Source: Eledone cirrhosa (lineage: Eukaryota). From it: a stretch of 64,000 nt of DNA. The stretch covers positions 156,054,001 to 156,118,000 of the forward strand of contig OZ024741.1 in NCBI GenBank assembly GCA_964016885.1. The letters are read 5' to 3'. Under the pieces are notes generated by a model that was given only the letters and a program-made list of their open reading frames with translations, was not told where the DNA came from and ran no database searches. Shown here piece by piece: positions 1 through 10,701 of this stretch. Positions within the stretch are counted from its first letter, which is position 1. The number at the start of each line of letters is the position of its first letter. Position numbers and translations under genes: made by a program.

Positions 1-1
1 C

Positions 2-72
<71 letters not shown>

Positions 73-76
<4 letters not shown>

Positions 77-3000
77 TCATCATCATCATCACTCGTCGAC
101 TGCTGTCTAGATGATGGATCTCACTCTCATGCCCCAGAATCCCCTGTCCTCCATCGCTGCCCCCATGTCCTGTCTGCTGATTCCCGTATCCCTAGAGATA
201 ACGTCAGAGATTGACAGCTTCCTACTCCTAGTCAGGCTGGAGTCAGGGTTCCAGAGCGGATATGATTTCATTGCTGGTATGGTGACAGTGGCCAGCAAAT
301 TGAGCTCTCCGGATTTTAGAAGGGCAGAGGCTCGAGGGAGTTTGCCATAGATTTTAGACAAGGTGGGATGTCGTTTCCAGGATAGGTTTTGCACTCTCAT
401 TAAGAGTCGGGTATATGTGCCATCCAATCTCCTCTCAAGTTGTGATGTTAGTGTCCAAGTTTCGGATCCATAAAGTAATATGGGCTTAATGGTTGCTTGG
501 AATATTTCCAGTTTTAGCTTGTTGGTAAGTTGAGATGTCCATATGGCGTGCATGTCATTGCACGCTGACCATGCCATACCCTTCCTGGTTAGAAAATCTT
601 TTTTGGAGGAGGAAATATATGAGCCAAGATACTTGTAATCTTCCACCTGCTTAAGGGTGGTACCATTAAGGGTTCTGATGGGGAGTTTGGGCTGTTTGCG
701 CATCTGTTCACACACTGGGTCTTGGATTCGTTGAGGTACAGTCCAACACAGTTGGACGCTTGCTCTAATGACTTCAAAAGACTCTCAGCATTTTCCAGTG
801 ACCGACTGATCAATGCGATGTCGTCAGCAAAGTCGGTGTTGGTCAAGTATTTTGCTGGGTAGCGTGAGCTTCTAGGCTGTAGTTGGTATCCCTATCCTGA
901 ATCCTATCCACAGACATGCGCAAAACATAATCCACAACAATGATAAATAGATACGGAGCAAGGGTATCGCCCTGTAAAATTCCAGCGAGGATTGAGAAAG
1001 GTGGTGTTTCTCCATCTGGGTTCAGGACAGTTGATTTGGTATCTGTATACATTACACGTATAGGCCGCGATGATTTTATCAGGAATCCCATAGAGTTGTA
1101 GAATTTCAAACATCCCCGACCTGTCAACTGAGTCGAAGGTTTTTGAGAAATCAACAAAGATGAGTGCAAGGTCTAGATTGCGGTTTTGGGGCTCCTCTAT
1201 AAGTCGGCGAAGGCAGAGAATCTGGCTAAGTGTTGATCTACCTCTCCTAAATCCATTCTGGTTGTTACGAAGGATTGGCTCAAGAAATGGGATTAAGCGG
1301 TTAAGAAGAAGCTTGTTGTATATTTTTGCAGCAATTGCCATGAGAGAAATTCCTCTATAGTTGGTGGCTAAAGAAAGATCTCCTTTTTTGGGCATGGGGA
1401 TAATTTGAGCTGCATGCCAGACACTAGGTGGTTTATTGGTCTCGAAAGTATGGTTACATAAGTTGAGCAAAAGGATGTGGAAATGCTCATCCTTCCAAAT
1501 CAGGGTATGTATATTATCCGGCCCAAAGGCTTTTGAGGCTTTCGGCTGTTTGATGGCTTCTTTGAGCTCAGGCATGGTGAAAGGAGAGGTGTTGATTCAT
1601 AAAGGCTCTGAAACCTGAACGGATGGCAGTTGATAGTTATCAGGGAGTTTGGCCTTTTCCCTAGAAGGTTTTTAAAATGAGCAGACCAATTTTCAAGACG
1701 TTTTTTGGCAGAGCGTCCCTTGATTCTAACTGCAGAGTTTGAGTTTTTGCCTGAAAGATCTTTGACAACATTCCAAGCAAGATGATGGTGTTTGCTGATG
1801 TGATATTGCGATAGCTGATCAATCCTACCTGAGATATAGTCGGCTTCAGCATTAAGATAAGCGTCGTCTAGTGATATTTTGGCCATGATAAGCTGTATCT
1901 TTTTCCCTTGAGATGGTGATTGATGGTGAGATTGGGATATTGACTTAAGATGGGCCCTTGCCTCAACTACCTTCTCTGAGGCACTAGGTTTCATTTGGCT
2001 TCGGCTTTTCTTTTTAGGTAGGGTGGCAAGTGCAACTTCCTCTGTTGATTGCTTAAGACAGTCATACACATCCTCAATATTATCGTCATTGATGTCAGAA
2101 GTTGAGAGAGATTGAAATCTGTTATAGACTTGAAGCGTGAAGCTATTGGATAGTTGTTTGTTGGAAGAAACGGCTTTCCAGTCTATTCTTTTAATGGGAT
2201 GAGGTTCGGCCCTCTTGGATATCCTGAGGATAAGTTTGATTGTTGCCGAGATGACTCGATGATCTGAGCCAACGGAGCTAAAGGAGGAATAAGATCTAGA
2301 ATCTTTGATTGAGTTTCTCCATTTCTTGCGAAATATCAAATAGTCAATCTGAGCTCGTTTTTGGTTTGGGTATTCGAAGGTCCAAAGCCGGCCTCTGGTC
2401 TTTATGAAGCTGTTGTTTGAGCTGAATAGACTGAATTCTTCCATGAAGTCCTTGAGATATTCCCCGTTTCGGTTAGTAACCCTATTGTATGTGAACTTTA
2501 CTTCATCCGGGCCAAGTTGAGCGTTGAGGTCTCCAGCGATGATAAGAAAGTTGTGTAAGAGTACTTGCTCAACAACTGTGCGAAGGGTCGTGTAGAATTC
2601 TCTTACCTCATCCTCAGGAGAGGCGTTATGAGGACTGTATACACATATCGCAGTGGTTCTAGGATTTCCCTCTAGTGTAAGCACCAAGTTTCTGGGAGAG
2701 ATTGTTTCAATCCCCAGAAGATTATTGCTGGCTTTAGATGAGAGAAGGCAGCCGACTCCTCCGATGGCGGCATTGACAGGGTTCTTGGTGGCTGAAGAGG
2801 TGACAAGTTGGTAGGATCCTAGGGTGTGATACTTGAGATCATCCTTTGGGTGGAAAAAGCGGTGTTCTTGGACCGCAAGGATGTCAATGTTCTGAAGTTT
2901 GGCATTCTCTGCCAGCTCCTGGAGTCTACCAGTTGGAAGGAGGGTTCTGGTGTTCCAGGAGCTAACTATTATTTGCTTTTTACAGCTAGCCAGGCGAGAT

Positions 3001-3733
3001 TTGCTTGTTGTTTGGTTAGGACCTGTTTCTTCTCCATCAGATGAACCCCGTCCCTTGAGATTTGAGGATTCATCATCATTCGATGCCTTTGTAGGTGCAT
3101 TATGATCAGAAACAGGACCTGGGAAAGCAGGGGCTGGACCTATATCAACAGGTATACCATATAGTGTGGTTCCCTGAGGAACAGGAACCCTGGTGCAGTT
3201 AGTTGTGAAATCCATAATCTTTTCAAATAGCTAATAATATGTGTGGGCGCCACTACTACACACATGTGAAAGAATTTGACAGCCAAGTCTTGAAGAAGGT
3301 GCTTTCTCCTCTGTGTGGTGGGTTACCCGGCGCCAGATACCAACCTGGTATTTATACCCTCGCCCTAATTGTTCGTGTTGCAAGCACTAGAGTAGTCGCT
3401 AACCAAAGCTACGGACCCACTCTATCCGTCTGGAGATACGTTGTACTAGCTTACCAGCATACTAGTAGCAGGAAGTTGACTTTTCCGGCATTGCAGCGCC
3501 TTTCGGCGGGCCGTGCTGGTTTTGGATGGCCATTGACTCCAAGAGCTCTTAAGAACTCCCAGGAGTTCTTTTGCCCTTTGACAGGTTTTATTTTTAGTCC
3601 TGCAGGATGTCCAAAGTCACCCTCCTCACCAAGAAACCGTGGTGGGGTTGCCAGTTTAGTCGCCAACGACCCGACGATGAGAGAGGTTGTAATGGGATAC
3701 ATGTTACCAGTAGCACCAACTGGTGACCTGACC
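73..3733 (-). mobile_element. Near full-length decayed RTE-clade non-LTR retrotransposon with (ATG)n 3' tail, inserted between TA/GA microsatellites
   Basis: Single frameshifted APE+RT ORF (107-3215). (CAT)n tail at 73-92 lies just after the stop. About 500 bp of 5' UTR ends next to the (TA)n/(GA)n run at ~3735. Confidence 0.85.
107..3215 (-). pseudogene. Frameshifted RTE-type APE endonuclease / reverse transcriptase ORF
   Basis: APE motifs WNTRTL, QEHR, GDLNA, SDH in ORF 1500-3215. RT motifs KAFGPD, NYRGISL, QNGFR, DFSKTFD, QGDTLAP, DFADD are spread over ORFs 904-1575, 843-1169 and 589-846. C-terminal YGSETW is in ORF 107-715. Confidence 0.9.
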
Positions 3734-3754
3734 ATTATATGTATATATATATAT

Positions 3755-3775
3755 AGAGAGAGAGAGGGAGAGAGA

Positions 3776-3850
<75 letters not shown>
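3755..3850. repeat. (GA)n microsatellite
   Basis: Direct reading. Confidence 0.95.
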
Positions 3851-3854
<4 letters not shown>

Positions 3855-6121
3855 TGTAAAATAAGTATAGGTTATAAATGTCATACACAAATTCACTTAT
3901 ATCTTAAACATACAAGGTTTTCTATATAATGCGCATACATGCGCGCACATACGCAAACGAACATATACACACGCATGTATACCCTCACACACACAAACAA
4001 GGATGTTTTTATTTATTTATCCTTATCTTGTTACTTGTTATTACTGTTTGATGAGAAAACCTCTCTAATATTAGATATATATATATACATAACATTCGTT
4101 CACAATTTTACCGCAACATTCTATAATGTAAGAAGCATGAAACCTAATTGTTCCTTTATAATAACTACTGCCATAAAACATGTACATGCTAATCATCTTT
4201 TTCTCTACGTGGTGTTAATACGTTACATACAATCGGTACTATAATTAAATGATCGCTATGTAATATTTTGTAGCGTCACAATTATATACCGCGTCACAAT
4301 TATATACCACGGAAGTGTATGATGCGCTATGTAATCCAAAATAATTATACATAATCATGTATCTTTACATCTATTTATGTTATTTTTCTGGGCGTATTTT
4401 TTCTCATACAATCTCTCAACCTTCAAACTCTCTAACGCAAGTTATCTATTTCTCTTTCTTTCCCCCCTCTTTCTCACTTTTACGACTTTACTAACAAATC
4501 CACATTTTCTTCCTCATAACCGATCCGCTAATGTACTGAAAGAGTGACAGAGAAAGAGAGAGAGATAGTGGGATAAGAGAGAGGGAGAGTGGGATAAGAG
4601 AGAGAGGCTTATATATTATGATGCTTAATAGAATAGGGTTTTCAGTAATAGAGAGGCCGGGAGAGAGGCAGAAAGGATAAACGTGTTTATATTAAAACAG
4701 TCAACATTAATACAATATTAGTTTCTAATTTCCTAGCGACATATATTAAGAAGGATTTCAATAAGCAGTTATCCATACATCTGCAAAACTTTCTCTATTT
4801 TCTACTTCAATTCATCCAATCTCGGTTGCTTTAAACTCTATAGTCATATAATTTGCAAGCTATCATTAAAAATATCAAAATTCAATTTTCACTCAAATTC
4901 TTTGTTTTGCAAGATTCTTGACGTGAAGCTGTATGTTGCAACAGGTAAAAATGGAATAGGGTGGAAATAAGGTGAAGAGGGAGAAGAAGCAGTGGTCAAA
5001 AAGTCATTGAAAATCAAATATTGTGATGAAAGAGCTTAGATAAATAGGGGAATAGCCGAGTGGTTGTTTAACCAACTGATGAATGGATTAGTTGCCTGAT
5101 TGATAATTAAGAAAATGAAATAAATCTTAGCAGGTGCGCGTGATTTATTGGCGTCATAATGCTACCAAAGTATAAGAATTTCAGTTAATAATCTTACAGT
5201 GAGTGGATGTGGGCGCAGGTCAAGTATATTGATAAAACGTTGTCACAAACAGGCATAGGAAATTCTCGTTTAGAGCGTACAACGTGAAAACAGCAGCGGG
5301 TGCAATTGCAGAAGTATACTCCTTTCAACACTTCACTAGGTCATTACCTTATATATATTATATTATATTATATTAGTTTTGAAATGAGTATACTTCTGCT
5401 ATCACACCGCTTTTTGTTTTCACACACACACATAGACACACACACAAATATATATATAAATATGTATATATATATATATATACATATGTGCGTACATGCA
5501 TGCATGCATATATATATATACACACCTGTATGGATTTGTGTGTGTAGATGTGTGAGTGTTAGAGGGGGTAGGTGTGAGTGTATGTACAAGTGAACCAGCA
5601 TAAACCTTTTATTTCTAAATTTTCTAAACTAAGTATTGGACTCTAACCTTATATTAAGTATTACCACCCCACTTTTTGTATGTGTGGATGTGTGTGTGTG
5701 TCTGTGGGGGTGGGTGTGAGTGTAGTGCAGTCCAACCTATATAAGCCTTTTTATTGTAAACTGTCTACTTCAACCATCATTTTCAGTAGCACCACTCCAC
5801 ATAAATTCCTCAATTTAAGAAAGACCTGTAGTATCTATTTCATACTATTAACCTTATTTGAAAATATATCTGACCAAGAATGCCTTTTGTGAAAATCAGT
5901 CATGTGGAACTATTGTCATCTTGCCTGACGGTTTGAAGCTCACAGAACCACCTGCCTCTTTGAGGTCAAATACCAACCTACTACCATCTACAAACTGACC
6001 AATGAGAATCAAGACCATTCCTGCTGACAACATCAACATATTCCTAACAAGCTCATATGTCCCAAGGCTCTGATACCATCAGCACTATACACACAGAGCT
6101 GGCATATCTAAGAACTGACTA

Positions 6122-6177
6122 ACTGCCTGATGAGGTCATAGCCATTCAATGGCTATCGTCGAAATATATATAGCAGT
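6122..6177 (+). ncRNA. Minimal type I hammerhead ribozyme (Penelope-type)
   Basis: actgc-CTGATGA-ggtc atagccat tca atggctat cgtc-GAAA-tatatata-gcagt. It has a 5-bp stem I, a hairpin stem II and a palindromic stem III. An inverted copy of the surrounding repeat at ~56015-56175 has lost the GAAA. Confidence 0.7.
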
Positions 6178-6239
6178 AAATAAAGGATTATGAGTTCATG
6201 CATTTGACTTATGTTTCGTCACTATATATATATATAGAA

Positions 6240-6995
6240 GTGGTTACACAGCAGTTAGTTCACCATACCGAGAACAATTGTTTCACCTTCGCGGATCTTC
6301 AGCTCGGGATCTGTATGGTTATAGGAACAGGAAGGACAACCGTACGAACGCGTATGCGCAGAAACTCGGTCACTTCACACAGGCAATACTAGACTGCGTG
6401 CGGGGGGGTGTAAGGGAGATAACTGCGAAAGTCCGGAAAGTTTTTAGGTTGAAAATAAAATTAAAAAAATTAAAAATTAAATTACAAAGAATCAGTCCGG
6501 GGCCTTGTAGTTATGCAATAGATGTTTGGTGACGTGTGGACAACGTGTAACAAATTCACTTCTCGTTATTCGTTATTCGTTCTTCGTTCTTCGTTCTTCG
6601 TTCGTCAATACATAAGCCACACGTCGGATTTCCCCTTGCGTATGGCTTGGACTTAGTGCTGGCTTTCCATTGAATGGAGTAGCCTATACTTGAGTGCTCT
6701 TGCCGTAAGCCTGAAGCTTGCACCCTTCAACAGCAATGCAACACACCAGCTGTAATCTATGAAGATGTGGTCACTTCCAACCGACCAAACGAACCACAGG
6801 AGGTCAAATCCTATGTGGGCATGGCATAGGACCGATTCAAGGAGCGTTACCTGAACCACCTGTCTATCTTCAGATACCCGGACAGACGTTCATCCACGAA
6901 ACTCGCGAGCCACGTATGGTCCTTCAAGGACTCAAGTATAGGCTACTCCATTCAATGGAAAGCCATCACTAAGTCCAAGCCATCACTAAGTCCAA
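6240..6995. mobile_element. Penelope-like element remnant with inverted arrangement
   Basis: The plus strand at ~6700-6990 translates to a GIY-YIG region (CRKPEAC...PAVIYE...SYVGMA*DRFKERYLNH...SIQWK). The same terminal segment recurs inverted at ~6640-6695, and a hammerhead lies at 6268-6307. Confidence 0.75.
6268..6307 (-). ncRNA. Minimal hammerhead ribozyme (Penelope-type)
   Basis: Reverse complement reads ccgag-CTGAAGA-tccgcgaaggt-GAAA-caattgtt-ctcgg. Stem I is perfect, stem III is palindromic (AACAATTGTT) and stem II is weak. Confidence 0.7.
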
Positions 6996-7002
6996 ACAAT
7001 CA

Positions 7003-7224
7003 CTATATACACATATACACACATATACACACACATATACATACATATACATATATACATATATATATATGTATATATATATACATATTTATACATATAT
7101 ATATATACACACACACACATATATATATATACATGTGTGCGTATACGCACTCATATATATCTAAACATACACACATATACACATATACACACACACATAT
7201 ACACACGCACGCATATATATAAAT

Positions 7225-7283
<59 letters not shown>

Positions 7284-7347
7284 CATACGTACACATATAC
7301 ATATATACACATATACATACATATATACACACGCCCACACATATATT

Positions 7348-7404
<57 letters not shown>
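7003..7404. repeat. Compound (TA/CA)n microsatellite
   Basis: Direct reading. Confidence 0.95.
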
Positions 7405-7407
<3 letters not shown>

Positions 7408-7553
7408 AATTAAAATACTAGAGTGTGTTGGAGTTAAACGCCCTCTTCATATTATAGAAATGACAGTATAAGATATAGCTCAATGTAATTAAACAGAGCC
7501 GAAGAATTATAAAAAATAAACCAAAGAAGCCTTCAATACATCAAAAGTCTTTA

Positions 7554-7596
7554 TTAGCCAACAATGTTTCGTCCTATTAAGGACTCATCAGGGCAA
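7554..7596 (-). ncRNA. Minimal hammerhead ribozyme, probably in a Penelope-like terminal repeat
   Basis: Reverse complement reads ttgcc-CTGATGA-gtcct taat aggac-GAAA-cattgtt-ggctaa. The core is intact, stem II is a perfect 5 bp and the cleavage triplet is GUU. Confidence 0.8.
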
Positions 7597-7897
7597 GTAA
7601 AGCTACAAGAAGCACTATCGGCCAATACAAGCCCAAAACTCAGAAGAATATGGAGTATACATCTATTAAATCTTAGGAAAGATATCAAGGAAAAGTTGGC
7701 TAAGATTAAGAGTGAGCAGTTACAAACATAGATATAGACCAAATAGCAAAGAAGTGATTAACATGTTGAACCCACATTGCAAATATTGTATAATGCAAAA
7801 ACTTGAAACACAAATGGTAACATAATGCGAGAATTACAGTACGATATAGAATATAATATAATATAATAGATGGTGATAATAAAAAGCTTAATGTATG

Positions 7898-7979
<82 letters not shown>

Positions 7980-9458
7980 CACATTAGTACAAATACAAAC
8001 TAACACGTATTAAGTATTTAAATATATATATATATATAGTGCTTACAGTATAATATAATAAAGATAAAAATAAGAATAAAGATAAAAATAAAAATAAAAT
8101 ATAATATATAATTCCCTGTCAGTGTGCATAAACAATATAGAAACATTATAATAACATTATAATAACAATATTATAATATATTGGCATCAAAAGATATACA
8201 AAATTACATCATACATATAATTCAAGGTTAACAAATAGTATAAAGTTTTACACAGCGTAAGAAAAAATCATATGGAACTAAATTGTGTTGAAAAAATTGT
8301 GTTGAAAAAATATCTATACCATTGTAACAAATACACGGAGGTCAAGTCATTTTACATTGGCATAAATATTACCAAAATATCACAAAATATTACAAAATAT
8401 ATTTACGTGGTTGACATACATATATTAATGAAATTACATGGTCAGACAAACAGCGTGCGGTAGTAAAAAAATAAATTAAATAAACCGAAGATCGAAAAAC
8501 AAAAACAAGTATATTTACTTAGGTGTCACAAGCGGTTAAGTAAAAGAAAAAAGATAGAAATATAGACCAGAGAGTTGACTAGAAAACCTTTTTAAATTAA
8601 TTAATATTAAAAGTATTTAAAATACATACTTAGTCACTTAAAAATTGGCTAGTGTTTAAGTCATCAAAACCGTATAAGTTTAAGATATCTCAATAAAATT
8701 ATCAAGAATAGAGTAAAATATGCTTCGTTCAGTTGAATAACGTTATCAAATAAAAGGACTCTAAATAGAACTATGGTAGACCAATGGGAACAGAAAGAAG
8801 AGAGGTTATGGAGGATAGGAAGGAGTATAAAAGTAAAATCAATATATTATATAATATCATAAAAAGGAGCATAAAGGTGAAATTTATATATAGTATAATA
8901 GAAGGGGCGGATATTAAGTGTGTAGAGGAGGAGGTTCATTAGTTGAATGAGACTCCAAACAAAGTATTTAATAAGATATAAACTCATAAGGTGTTAGTAG
9001 TGAAACTATAATAATGCTTAAGAAGATAGATAGGGTATGGTAGCCAAAAGACTATGGAAACTAAAATCGAAAAGATGTAAAAAACTAATAATAATAATGA
9101 TGATAGTAATCAAAATGAACCTAAACAAAAAAGATGAGGAAATATAGCAGCTAATGGATACGATTTAAACTACCAGAACTTTTAGGTCTATAATAGAAGA
9201 AAGAATTAGAAATGGCATGGGGGCAGGAATAAAATATCTCAGACTTTCTATTAAGCAAAACTTCCCTATAGAAAATTATAGAGTGAGTCTCTAGGATACA
9301 GAGATTACATAATTTAGTGTGTGTTGATAGGTTATTAGAGCGTGCTACTATAAACCAATTAATTTTTATAATTTTTATAATTTTTTATAATTTTTATATA
9401 CATATATATAAACAATTAAGTTTATGTTTTTACATATATATACATATTTATATATATA

Positions 9459-10040
9459 TGTGGTGGCTGCCAACTCGTTTTCGAGTACGGCCACTACTTT
9501 ATATCCATGTAGGAGAACCCCTACCGATGCGCTCAACGAGTGTGACTTTTTAGTCCAGCCAGCGACTTGAAAACTCTGGTACAAACACCACACTTGTGAC
9601 AATCATTGACACATAGTGCTGGTCCCATGGTACCATGTGATGACAAGTGCAGAGAGATCTCCAGATACAAAGCAATGCCTGTGCCGTGAAGCTTTTATAG
9701 TGAGCATAGGCACTGCACAAAGCCAGTCCCACTTTTTTAACCAAGATGATATTTACCAAAAAGAAGAACAAGTCAACATCATTGGATACCATCAGGGTTG
9801 CAGGTATTATATCAGAGTTTTCCTTCTCCTAGAATTCTGCCTTGATTTTGGATGGCCATTGACTCTTAAGAGCTCCTTTGCCCTTTGACAAGTTTTGTTT
9901 TTAGTCCTGCAGGATGTCCAAAGTCACCCTCCTCACCAAGAAACCTTGGTGGGGTTGCCAGTTTAGTCGCCAACGACCCGACTATGAGACAGGTTGTACT
10001 GGGATACATATTACCAGTAGCACCAACTGGTGACCTGACA
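9459..10040 (-). mobile_element. ~580 bp non-coding repeat sharing its first ~190 nt with the RTE LINE 5' end (copy 1)
   Basis: 9847-10040 matches 3520-3732. The whole unit recurs at 56764-57372 with the same ends, and both copies are bounded by microsatellites. Confidence 0.75.
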
Positions 10041-10094
10041 TATATATACATACATACATACATACATACATACATACATACATACATACATACA

Positions 10095-10130
<36 letters not shown>

Positions 10131-10134
10131 TATA

Positions 10135-10399
10135 CACAGTTCAAGAGTAACCAATCTTAAAGAGAGAGATGGAGATAGGAGAGGAGAGATTGGTGAATTA
10201 GTTAGAAGCCAAAGCGTAAAGGCATGTGCTCAATGTGCAATATGCAGTGGAAGGCAGCTAGGTGGCTAGGTTCATGCAGAAGTTAGGCGAGCAGAGCTGG
10301 AAATATTCATTAGTTAAGCAAAACAAGACCACAAATTTCACAAGGAAGACATTATTAAAAGATTGTCAACATATTTTAGTTTGATGTAAGGAATGTAGA

Positions 10400-10400
<1 letters not shown>
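10135..10400 (-). mobile_element. Distal part of a Penelope-like element split by the Tx1/R4 insertions
   Basis: 10303-10400 is the reverse complement of 59153-59250, and 10135-10290 matches 58100-58265. Confidence 0.75.
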
Positions 10401-10441
<41 letters not shown>

Positions 10442-10701
10442 TTTCTTTATTAACCACAAGGGTTTACATAAAGTAGACATTAAGGACAGTGCAGGACAAT
10501 GCAGGACGGTACAAATGGGCATTTCTGCGTGTAAAAAAAAAAAAACAGAGGATGTAACAAAAATAACAATGAAAATAACAATGAAAAATTCCCCAATAGG
10601 GGGGAGACTTCGGAGGGACATTTGTGGAGAAAGCCCAGTAAAAAGCCACAATGACCCTGACCACCAAGGCAAGTGCCCTCTCCCAGTTTTCCACCTTTAG
10701 T

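Noticed and set aside
7003-8006. ORFs rich in YI/CV repeats here and at 59373-59725 and 62403-63577
   Set aside because: They are translations of (TA)n/(CA)n microsatellites.
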